Assembly: GCF_004010195.1 (NCBI RefSeq)
Contig: NC_057719.1
Location: 20,922,881 to 20,975,211 of the forward strand
Direction of reading: 5' to 3'
Source: Chiloscyllium plagiosum
Taxonomy: Eukaryota
Length of the DNA: 52,331 nucleotides
How positions within the stretch are numbered: position 1 is the stretch's first letter; the number at the start of each line of letters is the position of its first letter. Below, piece by piece: positions 1-12,798 of the stretch. Below the pieces are notes generated by a model. It did no database searches. It had not been told where the DNA came from and saw only the letters and a list, made by a program, of their open reading frames with translations. Both the position numbers and the translations under genes were made by a program.

Positions 1-290
1 AATTCCTAGAGGCATGGCACTCATCCACAGATTCTATCAACTAACACATCCACCTGGACCCAATATACCAGCCACTGGAGTGGATAGCTGGAACTGACAA
101 CCGGAAGCAGCAGAGACAAACCATTATAAATGCCAGAGGAAACATCACAGAAACGCTTCACAGGAGGCTCCCAAGCACTGAGGATGTCACCTAGATAGGG
201 GATGAAACGTCTGCAACACAAATTCCCAGCTTGGCGAACAGAACCACAACAACGAGCACCCGAGCTACAAATCTTCTCACAAACTTTGAA
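1..290 (+). mobile_element. Penelope-like element 3' end (GIY-YIG endonuclease C-terminus plus hammerhead-bearing terminus), family P
   Basis: Translates as FLEAWHSSTDSIN*HIHLDPIYQPL, the typical PLE endonuclease C-terminal motif. It is followed by a hammerhead core at 178-211 and is homologous to 30075-30411. Confidence 0.85.
178..211 (+). ncRNA. Minimal hammerhead ribozyme motif
   Basis: CTGAGGA-T-gtcacct agat aggggat-GAAAC-GTC: core boxes, an imperfect stem II, palindromic ACGT mini stem III and a GUC cleavage triplet. Confidence 0.65.
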
Positions 291-355
291 CTAATTAATA
301 TTGACAATCAAAACTATCTGTTGTTTTCTAGGAACTGTTTAGATTAAAAGATAAG

Positions 356-650
356 AAATTAGATTCCCTACAGTGTGGAAACAGGCCACTTGGCCCACAC
401 CAACCCTCTGAAGCATAACCCGCCCTGGGTTATTTCCCCTATATTTACTGATGCACCTAACACTATGATCAATTTAGCAGTGCCAATTTACCTGACCGCA
501 CATCTTCAGACTGTGGGAGGGAACGGGAGCAAACCCACGCAGACACAGAGAGAATGTGCAGGCTCCACACAGACAGTGGCTCAAGGCAGGAATTAAACCC
601 TGGTCCCTACCATTCTGAAGTAGCAGTGCTAACCACTGAGCCACCATGCC
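356..650 (-). mobile_element. HE1-like tRNA-derived SINE
   Basis: Reverse strand starts ggcatggtggctcagtggttagcactgc (Pol III A box) and ends gcctgtttccacactgtagggaatctaat. Confidence 0.85.
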
Positions 651-1179
651 AACCCTGCAGTTGCAATATAATACAGTTGTAGTGATAGACTTTTAAGGAG
701 ATATTTAATAATTCACCAACATTTATATCTCAAGATGAGAAAATCCTCTTTGAGAAAGATGCATTATCCGTGTCTAAATAAGGAGATTCGGGATTGTATT
801 AAATTGAAAGATACAGTACACTGATCTGCAGAAAGTTAGCAGTAGGTCAGAAATTGGATGGAATTTAAGATTCATTAAAGAATGACTAAAATACAGAACA
901 GTGTGCAATTGACAAAAATACAAGTAATAAGAGTTTCCGAAGATATTTGAAAAAGAAAAGGGTAAATAGAGCACGCCTTGGTCTATGATAGAGAGAATGT
1001 GGGGAATTAATAATGGGAAAGAAAGAAGTGTCAGAGGCTTTGAACACGCATTTTGATCATGGTAGAAGACTTTAAAATATACAAAAAATAATTGAAAATT
1101 AAGCAGTGATAGGGAAAGAAGAAATTTAAAAAAAAACATTCATCAAATGGAAAAGTGTACAAGGAAAACTTGGGCACAA

Positions 1180-1940
1180 CAATTCATCAATGACCTTCCC
1201 TCAGTCATAAGGTCAGAAGTGGGGATGATCACCAATGATTGCCCAGTATTCAGCACCATCCACAACTCCTCAGATACTGAAGCAGTCCGTGCTCAAATGC
1301 AGCATTTTCTGGACAATATCTAGGCTTGGACCAACAAGTGGCAAGTAACATTCATGCCACAGAAATGCTAGACAATGACCATTACCAGTAAGAGACACTC
1401 TAACCACCACCCCTTGACATTCAACAGTATTCAACCGTCACTGAATCCCCCACTGTCAACAGCCTTGGAGTTATCATTAACCAGAAACTCAGTTGGACTC
1501 AGCATATAAACACAGTGGCTACAAGAATAAGTTAGAGACTAGGGATACTGCGGCGAGTAACTCACCTCTTGAATCCCCAAAGTCTATCCATCATCAACAA
1601 GGCACATGTCAGGAGTGTGTTGGAATGCTTCCCACTTGCCTGGATGGGTGCAGTTCCAACAACACTCAAGAAGCTTGAAACCATCTAGGACTAAGCAACC
1701 CGGTTGATTGGCACCACATCCACAAACGTTCAATCCCTCCATCACTGAGTAGCAGCAGTGTGCACTACCTACAAGATGCACTGTAGAAATTCACCAAAGA
1801 TTCTTAGACAGCACTTTCCAAACCCACGACCACTTCCATCTAGAAGGACTTGGGAACACCACCACCTGCAAGATCCCCTCCAAGCCACTCACCACACTGA
1901 CTTGGAAATGTACCTGTTTCTTCACAGTCGGTGGGTCAAA
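1180..1940 (+). mobile_element. Degenerate CR1/L2-group LINE (family B), RT C-terminal part and 3' region
   Basis: Translates FINDLPSVIRSEVGMITNDC...DNI*AWTNKWQVTFMPQKC (degenerate FADD region of an RT). Similar to 6715-7255, 25625-26312 and 36608-37965. Confidence 0.75.
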
Positions 1941-2134
1941 GAGGTCAGTTAGATTTTATAGTGAAATTGCTAAAATCTATTATTTAGGGGGTTATAGTTT
2001 TGTGAAAGAGAATCTATTGCTTTTTATTTGAAGAAGTTGCATTCAAAGTGAATAAAGGAGAACCAGAAAATAAAGTGTACTTGGAATTCCAAAAGTAATT
2101 TGCTAAGGTTTCATCAAGGGATATTACAAAAGAT

Positions 2135-3652
2135 AATAGACAATAGGTGCAGGAGTAGGCCATTCTGCCCTTCGAGCCTGCATCACCATTCAATATGATC
2201 ATGGCTGATCATCCTTAATCAGTATCCTGTTCCTGCCTTATCTCCATAACCCTTGATTCCACAATCCTTGAGAGCTCTATCCAACTCTTTCTTAAATGCA
2301 TCCAGAGACTGGGCCTCCACTGCCCTCTGGGGCAGAGCATTCCACACAGCCACCACTCTCTGGGTGAAGAGGTTTCTCCTCATCTCTGTCCTAAAAGGTC
2401 CACCCCGTATTTTTAAGCTGTGTCCTCTGGTTCGGCACTCACCCATCAGCGGAAACATGTTTCCTGCCTCCAGAGTGTCTAATCCTTCAATAATCTTACA
2501 TGTCTCAATCAGATCCCCTCTCAGTCTTTTAAACTTAAGGATATACAAGTCCAGTCGCTCCAGTTTTTCAGTGTAAGGTAATCCCGCCATTCCAGGAATT
2601 GACCTCGTGAAGCTATGTTGCACTCCCTCAATAGCCAGAATGTCTTTCCTCAAATTTGGAGACCAGAACTGCACACAGTACTCCAGGTGTGGTCTCATTA
2701 GGGCCCTGTACAGCTGCAGAAGAACCTCTTTGCTTCTATACTCAATCCCTCTTGTTATGAAGGCCAGCATACTATTAGTCTTCTTCACTACCTGCTGTAC
2801 CTGCATGCTTACCTTCATTGACTGGTGTACAAGAACACCCAGATCTCTCTGTACTGCCCTTTTACCTAAATTGATTCCATTTAGGTAGTAATCTGCCTTC
2901 CTGTTCTTGCCGCCAAAGTGGATAACCATACATTTATCCACATTAAACTGCATCTGCCATGCATCTGACCACTCACCTAACCTGTCCAAGTCACCCTGTA
3001 ATCTCCTAACATCCTCCTCACATTTCACCTGCCACCCAGCTTAGTATCATCAGCAAATTTGCTAATGTTATTACTAATACCATCTTCTATATCATTAACA
3101 TATATTGTAAAAATCTGCAGTCCCAGTACTGATCCCTGCAGTACCCCACTGGTCACTACCTGCCATTCCGAAATGGAGCCGTTTATCACTATTCTTTGTT
3201 TCCTATCAGCCAATCAACTTTCAATCCAAGTTAGTACTTTGCCCCTAATACCATGCGCCCTAATTTTGCTTACTAACCTCCTATTTGGGACTTTATCAAA
3301 AGCTTTCTGAAAGTCCAGGTACACTACATCTACTGGATCTCCCTCATCCATCTTCAGAGTTACATCCTCAAAAAAGTCAAGAACATTAGTCAAACATGAT
3401 TTCCCCTTCATAAATCCATGCTGACTCTGACCTATCCTGTTACTACTATCCAGATGTGTTGTAATTTCATCCTTTATAATAGACTCCAGCATCTTTCCCA
3501 CCACTGAGGTCAGACTAACTGGTCTATAATTTCCTGCTTACTCTCTCCTACCTTTCTTAAAAAGTGGTACAACATTAGCCACCCTCCAATCCGCAGGAAC
3601 TGATACAACTGATCTATCAAACTCTGGAAAATAATCGCCAATGCATCCACGA
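2135..3652 (-). mobile_element. CR1 LINE, 5'-truncated, frameshifted ORF2 (RT), relatively young; nested in an older + strand CR1 remnant (~2010-2130 and ~3655-4000)
   Basis: ORFs 3214-3504, 3025-3213 and 2219-3028 carry YLDFQKAFDKV, GVLQGSVLG, KFADDTK, RPHLEYCVQFWSP and TRGHSLK. ATAAGA occurs at both ends (2135-2140, 3657-3662). Confidence 0.95.
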
Positions 3653-4095
3653 TGTGATAAGAGCACATGGTGCAGGGGATAATATATTAGCTTGGATAAA
3701 GGTTTAGTTAGCTAACAGGATTCAGAAAATTAGCATAATTGGATCTATTTGGCTTGGGAAACTGTCAGTAGTGCCAGAGGAATTAGTGCTGGCTCTCCAA
3801 CTATTTATAATCAATATTAATGATTTGAATGAGGGACTAAAGGTACAGCAGCTAAATTTGCCAATAACACCAAGGTAGTGAATAAGATATATAGATGGGA
3901 ACAAAATCTGGCAGATGGCATATAACATTAGCAAGTGTGGGATTTCCAATTTTTGCAAGTAGAAGGAGAAAAGCAGTGTATAAATAGAGAGAGATTTCAG
4001 AACTTTGTGACATTCTATTCTGAATTCAAAATAGAAAATCAGGTCCGACAAGACAGATGTACATTATTAGCCTCTTAGTTAATGTTTCTTTTTTA

Positions 4096-5545
4096 GAGTC
4101 ATAGAGCCATAGAAATGTACAGCGCTGAAATAGACTCTTCGGTCCAACTCATCCATGCCGACCAGATAACCTAACCTAATCTAGTCCCACCTGCCAGCAT
4201 CAGGCCCATATCCCTCCAAACCCCCCTATTCATATACCCGTTCAGATGCCTTTTAAATGTTGTAATTGTACCAGCCTCCACCACTTCCTCTGGCAGCTCA
4301 TTCCATACACATACCACCCTCTGCGTGAAAAAGCTGCCCCTTAGGTCCCTTTTATATCTTTCCCCTCTCACCCTAAACCTATGCCCTCTAGTTCTGGACT
4401 CCCCGATCCCAGGGAAAAGACCTTGTCTATTTCTACTATCCATGCCCCTCATGATTTTATGAACCTCAGCCTCCAACACTCCAGGGAAAACAGCCCCAGC
4501 CTGTTCAGCCTCTCCCTGTAGCTCAGATCCTCCAACCCTGGCAATATCCTTGTAAATCTTTTCTGAACCCTTTCAAGTTTCACAACATCTTTCCGATAGG
4601 AAGGAGACCAGAATTGCACGCAATATTCCAACAGTGGCCGAACCAATGTCCTGTACAGCCGCAATATGAACTTTCTACACCTATACTCAATGCTGTGACC
4701 AATAAAGGAAAGCATATCAAATGCCTTCTTCATTATCTTAGCTACCTGCAACTCCACTTTCAAGGAGCTATGAACTGCACTCCAAGGTCTCTGTTCAGTA
4801 ACACTCCCGAGGACCTTACCATTAAGTGTATATTAGTCCTGCTATGATTTGCTTTCCCAAAAATGCAGCACCTCACGTTTATCTAAATTAAACTCCATCT
4901 GCTACTTCTCAGCCCATTGGCCCATCTGATCAAGATCTCGTTGTAATCTGATGTAACCTTCTTCGCTGTCCACTACACCTCCAATTTTGGTGTCATCTGC
5001 AAATCATTTATATAAATGACAAAAAGTAGTGGACCCAGCACAAATCCTTGTGGCACTCCACTGGTCACAGGCCTCCAGTCTGTAAAACAACCCTCCACCA
5101 CCACCATTTGTCTACCTTCCAGTTGGTTCTGTATCCAATGGCTAGTTCTCCCTGTATTCCATGAGATCTAACCTTGCTAACCAGTCTCCCATGAGGAACC
5201 TTGTTGAATGCCTTACTGAAGTCCATATAGATAATGTCCACCACTCTGCCCTCATCAATCCTTTTTGTTAATTTTTCAAAAAACTCAATCAAGTTCATGA
5301 GACATGATTTCCCATGTAAAAAGCCATGCTGACTATCCCTAATCAGTCCTTGCCTTTCAAAATACATGTGCATCTTGTCCTTCAGGATTCCCTCCTACAA
5401 CTTGCCCACTACCAACATCAGGCTCACCAGTCTATAGTTCCCTGACTTTTCCTTACCACCTTTCTTAAACAGTGGCACCACGTTAGCCAACCTCCAGTCT
5501 TCCGGCACCTCACCTATGATTATCTATGATACAAACATCTCATGA
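4096..5545 (-). mobile_element. CR1 LINE, 5'-truncated, decayed ORF2
   Basis: Motifs YMDFSKAFNKV, RPLLEYCVQFWSP and TRGHRF, with an (ACTCTATG)n-like 3' tail at 4096-4115. Confidence 0.93.
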
Positions 5546-5629
5546 AGAGATAAGAAACTATGCCAAGTAAGAAACTGTGCTGTTGTTTTACCATACTTGC
5601 TGTATAATTGGTACTGTTACTTTAGTGAT

Positions 5630-6090
5630 TGCAACAAGGTCAGCCAAGTTGATTAGATAGAAATTGCTGGAAAAGCTCAGCAGGTCTGGCAGCATCTGTA
5701 GAGAGAAATCAGTGCTAATATTTTGAATGGAGTGACCCTTCCTTAGAGCCATTTGAAGAGTAACTAGACCTGCAACATTAACTCTGATTTCTCTCCACAG
5801 ATGCTGCCAGACCTGCTGAGCTTTTCCAGTAATTTATATTTTTGTTTCTGATTTACAGCATTCACAGTTCTTTTGGCTTTTATTCGGCCTCACAGAAGAT
5901 GAGTTCCGTGACTGAGGGTGTTGATCTGATCCAATCAGGGACGCTGGCTGACAGATAAGAACAGGAGTGTCAGAGGTTCTGTTCACTCTGAGAGCTGGCT
6001 CAGAGGGAGTTGGATCATTGTCAACACCTTTCTACTTGTAAATGAAGAGTCACCTGGTGATGGAATGTCAGCCTCTGTGCAGTTACTTCT
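5630..6090 (+). mobile_element. Probable solo LTR, interrupted by a fold-back PLE derivative
   Basis: Begins TG. Contains CCAATCAG at 5931, a TATA-like gataagaa near 5954 and a degenerate polyA-signal-like gtaaatgaag near 6038, in LTR order. The family assignment is from recall only. Confidence 0.4.
5661..5882. mobile_element. Fold-back non-coding PLE derivative (family C, old)
   Basis: aaattgctggaaaagctcagcaggtctggcagcatctgt at 5661 is inverted at ~5797-5835. A decayed hammerhead lies near 5753-5779. Confidence 0.75.
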
Positions 6091-6714
6091 GTTACACCAA
6101 ATAGAAGAATGCTCTGTGATGAGACTGGGGTTTTTGAAGATTAACTGACAAGTATATAAACCACATTTCTTTCGAATGCAATGAAACAACTTTTGTGCAA
6201 GTGAAAGCACTATCAAGTATCAACTCACTATGTGTACATGATTCTGCATCATTATAAGGGTCCTGCATGTTACATCTTTTGACATTGAACATAAAAAGAC
6301 ACAAGTCATAGAAAAGTTTTATTACCTCAGTGGAAAAACTAGAAAAATACATGGATTATGCAACAAAAGAGATTAGATAGCCATACCTAGAGGTTGTAGC
6401 CTTAAACAGAACTCCACAGAGTGGGAGTAATCCATTTCTTCTACTTGCTATCCCAATAGAATGTCACAGGGAGATCAGATTGACTTGGGAAGATGAGCCC
6501 ATCAAGTAACAGATCTCTAAAGTCTCCTAGCAGCTTAAAGAAAGCAGTAAAATATATTTTTCCCACTGTTAACTATTCCCTTTTCAAACCAACAGTCCAT
6601 TTTTGCACTGAAGCTACTTCTACAGGCAGAGTTTTAGTAAGACTGGAAAAGCATCAATAATTAACCAGTACTGCCATGTCAGTCATGTGACATACTCTGA
6701 GCAGCGTTTTTAAA

Positions 6715-7255
6715 AATAATTCCATCAGGGGATGCAGCTAACATTTATTGTCCATGCCTGTAGCCCAAGGGAAAGTGATAGTGAACAGTTTTTTTGAACG
6801 ACTGAAGTGCACTTGGTGTAGGAACATTGACAATGCCATTAGGGAACATTTCCAGGATTTGAGCGACTTACATTGAAATAGCAGCAATATATTTCCAAGT
6901 CAGGATAGTGAACGGCTTGAAAGCAAGCTGCCAGGTGGTAGTTTTGCCATGCATCTGCTACTCTTGTCCTTCCAGAGGCATTTGGTCATGGGTTTGGAAA
7001 GTCCTATCTAAAGAGCACTGGTGATTTTTTTTTTTGCATTGTATTTTACAGATACCATATACTGTGGCGACTGAGTGCCAATGCTGGAGGGAGTGGATAT
7101 TTGTGGATCTGGTGCCAAGTGGACTGCTTTTTCCTGGGTGTTGTCAAATATCTTGAAGGTTGCTTGAGCTGAATTCATCCAGACAAGTGGGGAATATTCC
7201 ATCACACTCCTGGCGTATGCCTTGTAGATGGTTGGCAGGTTTTGAGGGGTTAGGA
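6715..7255 (-). mobile_element. CR1/L2-group LINE family B, 3' fragment
   Basis: ORF 7008-7268 LTPQNLPTIYKAYARSVMEYSPLVW is homologous to 1560-1700. Confidence 0.75.
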
Positions 7256-7954
7256 CCCCTCCATTCATCAGTTATCAATACTCCCAGTAAAGGTACATGG
7301 GTTGAGAACAAGGAACAATAACAAAAGATGTCTGTGACCGTTTTACAGGGTGCAAATTACCTCAGTTGAAGATTGGATGAAAATCCAAGTACAACTCTTT
7401 AACTCATGGTACATGGAATTGAACGAAAATCCTCAGCCCAACATCAAGATCGTATCATGCATGAACAGCATATAGCATGACAGTGCAAAAAGAAAAGCCA
7501 ACTGAAAATATCACAGCGAGAAACACTGAATAATCTTATTAAACAGAATACTATCTAAGACAGAACACAAAAGAAGACACTACCAACCAGCCTTTGGAAA
7601 GCATGCAGCAGGCTCACCCAAGACCACTACAATTAATTTTTGGCTAGATAAACAAAAAAAAATTATACATTACAGAGATCTTAAATTTATTGTTTTATAC
7701 AAATATATATCTGAATATTTGAGGTTAAAATCTTTTGTTATGAATAAAAGGAGATGATGTGATATGTATGTATATTTTAAATTACTCTCAATTACTCCTC
7801 ACTGAAACAGGATAGGATGTGATGACTCTGTGGCACTGAACCCAGACAGCAGCAATATCAACAAGGTGGCTTGGCATGCTCAGCCTTTCAGTTAGCACTA
7901 TGCGTACAGTCTTTTCCTCAGGTAAAGAACCTGAGGTTCGCCAATCCTTAATAC

Positions 7955-8279
7955 AGAATTCCTGCAGTGTGGAAACAGGCCATTCAGCCCATCAAGTCCA
8001 CACTGACTCTCTGAAGCACCCAGACCCACCCTATCCCTGTAACCCTGCATTTCCCCTGGCTAACCTGCAAATCGCTGGACACTGTGGGCAATTTAGCATG
8101 GCCAGTCCGCCTCACCTGCATGTGTGTGGACTGTGGAAGGAAACCAGAACACTCAGAGAAAACCCACACAGACATGGGGACGATGTGCAAACTCTACACA
8201 TACAGTCACCTGAGGCTGGAATGGAATCCAGGTCTCTGGTGCTGTGAGGTAGCAGTGCTAACTACTGAGCCACCATGCC
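7955..8279 (-). mobile_element. HE1-like SINE
   Basis: Same 5' A-box head (reads gcagtgctaactactgagccaccatgcc on +) and same 3' tail as the other copies. Confidence 0.88.
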
Positions 8280-9377
8280 TCCCACAGCACATTTAAAGAC
8301 ACATAGCCTGAAATGGTAATAAACTGCAGTTTTTAGGCAGTAGAGTGGGGGAAATAATTTTTTTAAAAAGTATGATCAGGAGCTTTAGAGTGTCAAAAAA
8401 TATATATAACCAGGGGATCAGAATCTCTTCAAAAAAATATAACCAGAAGATTTAGAATCTCCTCAGTTTAGGACATGGACTCTGTAAAAAGAAATAAAAT
8501 GCAGTCTTGCTAATTTCCAATGACTCCTACAAGTAGAACAAATTTAAAATAAATTATTCTTTAGAGTAAGTTGTATACATTTTTAACTTCACATCACTGT
8601 GAAAATAGAAATCACAGGTGAAGAATTTGTTTGGCAAAACCTGTGAATGTATTCAGGAGAAATGTACTTTTGATGGCACTGGTGGACAGTTATATTTCTG
8701 TCATAGTGACGTGAGACACATTTAGAATATTGCTATCAAAAAACTGAAAAGTTACAAATCCTAACATTGTTTTCTTTCCCTCTCTTATTTTAGTTTATCA
8801 TTGAAGTATGGCAACATATATCAACTGCAACAATGTAGAAAAACAGCATTTTGATGAAATGTTAACTCAATAGATATTAAAAATGTCACTCAAGAGCAGT
8901 AGAAGCATTACTTTTAGTTCATAATCAATGCCAAACTGGCTGTATAAGTTGATTGCCTGCTTCTTATTCCAATAACCTGATGGTCTTTAACACAGCTATG
9001 TACACCTCACAATTATATTTATCTGAACTTAATGTTGTACAATTGAGTTTAAGCCCAACTAAAACCCAAAAATCTTATTATATCAATGGAATTATTCATC
9101 TTATTGAAGTGCACAGACACATTTGTTAACTATATGTCCCTGTCTAAGTAATCATATACACTAATGGCATTGTGCATATAGATCTACATTAGACAATAAC
9201 ACTGCTTCTTGGATTTATGTTATATAGAGAAATAAAGCAATTAAGATTGCATTTTGCTTGCACATTATTAAAAGGCTCACAAAATCTTATAAAATAGAAA
9301 GGCATCCTCAAGAACTTTGTAAAAAATACACAAGAATGTCATGAACATTTGTACGAGGAGAAATCTTCCAACTGTGA

Positions 9378-11590
9378 CCGTAAGACATTGGGATGGAAGT
9401 AGGCCATTGAGCCCATCGAATCTGCTCTGCCACTCAATGAGGTCATGGCTGACCTGATAAACCCTTAACTCCACTTTCCTGCTTTTTCCTCTTAACATTT
9501 GATTTTTTAACTGATTAAAAATCTGTCTATCTCAGCCTTGAATATATGCAATGACTCAACCTCTACAGCCCTCTCTGTAAGGAATTCCACAAATTTCCCT
9601 TTTGGAAAGAAGAAATTCTTCCTCATCCCTGTCTTAAGTTGGTAACCCATTCTGAAATTATCCCTTTGGTCCTGGACTTGCCCACAAGCAAAAATAACTT
9701 TTCTTGTCACGTTCCCCAAGAATCTTATGTGTTTTAATAAAGATTCCTTTCATTCTTCTTTATTTCAAAGAACACAGACCGAATATTTTCAACCTCCTCT
9801 CATTAAACTGTCCTTCCATACCTGGTATCAGCCAAGTATCAACAAAGAACCTTCTTTGCACTGCCTTTGATGGCAGTACATCTTTCCTTAGATAAAGGAG
9901 CTGAAACTATTAACAATGTTCGATCTGTGACCGGACTGTGCCTGAAATGAACATAGGGAACACTGGGGAAATTCAGCAGGTCTGGCAGCATCAATGGAGA
10001 GGGAAATCAGAGAGCACTTCGAGTCAAAGAGTCATAGAGCATGGAAATACAACCTTTGGTCCAACTCATCCATGCCAACCAATTTTCCCAAACTAAGCTA
10101 ATCCCACCTGCCTGCATTTGGCCCGTATCTATCAAAACCTTTCAGATGTTTTCCCCCAATCGATTTTTTTTTGTAATCTTGTAACTGTACCTACATCTAC
10201 CACTTCCTCTGGCAGTTCATTCCACATTTGAACTACCATCTGTGTGAAAAAGTTGCCCCACAGATCCTTTTTAAATATTGCTCCTCTCACCTTAAAAACA
10301 TGTCCCCAGTTTTGAAATTGCCCACCCTTGGGAAAAAAACCTTTGCTATTCACCTTATCTGTGCCCCTCATGATTTTATGCACCTCTATAAGGTCACCCC
10401 TCAACATCCTACTCTCCAGTGATAAAAGTCCCAGCCTATCTAGCCTCTCCTTATAACTCAAATTCTCCAGTCCTGACCACATCTTTTCTGAACCCTTTCC
10501 AGTTTAATGATATTCTTCCTGATGCAGGGCAACCAGAACTGTACACACTACTCCAAAAGTGGCCTCACCAATGTACTGTACAACCACATCATGACACCCA
10601 CCTCCAATACTCAAAGGTTTCAGCAATGGAGGCAAGCACAATAAACACATTCTTAACCACCCTTGACATAACTTACAAAGAACTATATAGCTCGGGAAAC
10701 CCCTAGGTCTCTCTGTTCTAAAATACTGTTGAGGGCCCTACCATTAACTGCATAAGTCCTGTCCTTGTTTATTTTCCCAAAAAACAATATTTTGCATTTA
10801 TCAAAATTAAACTCCATCCGTTACTTCTCAGCCCACTAGTCCAATTGATTAAGATCCCTCTGTAATCTTAGATAGTCTTTTTCACTGTCGACTATACAGC
10901 AATTTTGGTGCCATCTGCAAACTTACTAACCACACCTCCACAATTCTCATCCAAATCATTTATATAAATGACAAAAAACAATGGACCCAGCAGACAAGAA
11001 ACATTAACTGAGTTTCTGACATCACAAATGTGATTAGACCTGCTATATTTGTTCTCTGTTATTATAAAGGCCAATATTCTATTTTCCTACCCTACTTCCT
11101 GCTGACCTTGTACACTAGCTCTTTGTGATCTCTGCATGAGGACTCCAAATCCTGTATCTTTTTGCAGTCTTTCTCATTTCAGCTTCTCTTTTCTGCCTGT
11201 CAGAGTATATAACCTTGCATTCCCGCACATTATATTCCATCTTCCAAGTTAATGCCCATTCATTTAACCCGTCTATATCCCTCTGGAGACTCTTTGCGTC
11301 ACCCTCATTAATTGGGTCGCTATCTAATTTTGCATCATCCGCATACTTGGTACTTACTTTTCCTCATCAGAGTCATTACTAAATATTGTAAATAATTGTG
11401 GTCCCAGCACTGAAAGCTGTGCCACTCCTCTGGTTACAAGTTGCCATTCTGAAAATGCCTCCCTTATCCAAACTCTCTTTTTTATCTAACCATAGGAAGA
11501 CACTACCACCAAAACTATGGGCTCTTATCTTATTAAGCAGCCTAATGAACGGTACCTTATCAACACCTTCTGAAAATCCAAACATATAGT
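9378..11590 (-). mobile_element. Old CR1 (~9378-9945 and ~10995-11590) interrupted by a PLE-end fragment (~9957-10025) and a younger CR1 (~10025-10990)
   Basis: ORF 10132-10482 LSYKERLDRLGL..LRGDLIEVHK and [21 protein letters not shown] at 10900-10990. The older copy gives FKAEIDRFL. Confidence 0.85.
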
Positions 11591-11704
11591 GTCTTCAGCA
11601 CCCCCTTTCAAATTGGAAGAGAATGGAGAAAAGGCAGTGAAATTGCTGACTCAAACAAAAAGCTTCCATCAAGGTTGAATGGCCATGTTCGGCAACAGAA
11701 ATAC

Positions 11705-12020
11705 TCAGTGGTTAGCACTGCTGCCTCACAGCACCAGGGACCCGGATTCAATTCCCACAACAGGCAACTATCTGTGTGGAGTTTGCACATTCTCCCCGTG
11801 TCTGCGTGGGTTTCCTCCAGGTGCTCCGGTTTCCTCCCAGAGTCCAAAGATGTGCAGTTTAGGTGAATGGGTCATGCTAAATTGCCCATAGTGTTAGGTG
11901 CATTCGTCAGGGGTAATTGTAGGGGCATAGGTCTGGGTGGGTTGCTCTTCGGAGGGTCAATGTGACTTGTTGGGCCGAAGGGCCTATTTCCACACTGTAG
12001 TGCTTCTAATCTAATCTATT
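11705..12020 (+). mobile_element. HE1-like SINE
   Basis: tcagtggttagcactgctgcctcacagcaccagggacccggattcaattccc (A and B boxes) and a (TCTAA)n tail. Confidence 0.9.
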
Positions 12021-12287
12021 CTATTGCTGCAACAATGTGAGCCAAAATACTGAGAAACAGTTTTAAGGTTGAAGTTGCTCATGATTTTTTTCCCAGTTTT
12101 CACTTTCCCAGGGGAGAAACAGGCCATGCAATTCTATGCCAAAGCAGCTAAACTTGAGAAAACCTGACCACTTTGACTCTCAGTTTTTCCTGATTGGAAG
12201 GAAAATCCAACTTAAATCTATGCAGGGATAACTGTTTTCGGCCAATGGAAAGGTTAGGCTAATGCAATTGGCCTCAAATTGATTGAC

Positions 12288-12635
12288 AAAATTCTGAGGG
12301 GGCTTGATAGAGTAGATGTTGAGACGATGTTTCCAGTAGTTAGGGGATTCTTGCACATTGTCACCTTATTCCATGACTCTCATTTAAAACTGAGATGCGA
12401 AGAAATTTCTTCTCCCAGTGTGTAGTGAATATTGAAATTCTCTATCCCAGAGAGTTGTACAGATTGGATCTCTGAAAACATAGCAAGAGGAGATAAATAG
12501 TTTATTTTTAAATATTGGGGAGTTGAGGGCTATGAGGAGCTGGTGCAGGAGGGGAGTTGAGGCCTGGGGAAAGACCAGTCATAACTTTGGTGAATGACTG
12601 GATAGGCTTGAGGGCGAAATAACCTACTCTATTCC
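12288..12635 (+). mobile_element. Old CR1 3' fragment
   Basis: KILRGLDRVDVETMFP, FKTEMRRNFFSQ and a CR1-type 3' UTR. Confidence 0.8.
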
Positions 12636-12798
12636 TCAGACTCTTGGCCTGCCTAGGCTTATTTGCTATTGAAACTGAGATCCATCTTGAAGTATAATGA
12701 GATACATGAAATTGAGATGGCGATCTATAGTATAATGAAACACTGACATCAGTAGCTATGTACAAGAGTCTGTGAAAAAAGGATGGAATAGTCTGCAC

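Noticed and set aside
2219..3028. 269-aa ORF as a host gene
   Set aside because: It is the CR1 ORF2 C-terminus, frameshifted from its upstream RT segments and 5'-truncated.
6387..6642. Possible minus-strand exon (ttttccag ... TAG|gtatgg)
   Set aside because: No open frame spans it with either candidate acceptor; it cannot be supported without RNA data.
7811..7921. Possible 111-nt exon (aaacag ... CAG|gtaaag)
   Set aside because: Stops occur in all three frames and there is no recognisable protein.
8395..8465. Imperfect ~35-bp tandem duplication; also considered CRISPR-like arrays
   Set aside because: It is only two degenerate units typical of slippage; there is no repeat-spacer array anywhere and the DNA is eukaryotic.
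11705..11765. tRNA gene
   Set aside because: A and B boxes are present but run straight into the SINE body; this is the tRNA-derived SINE head.
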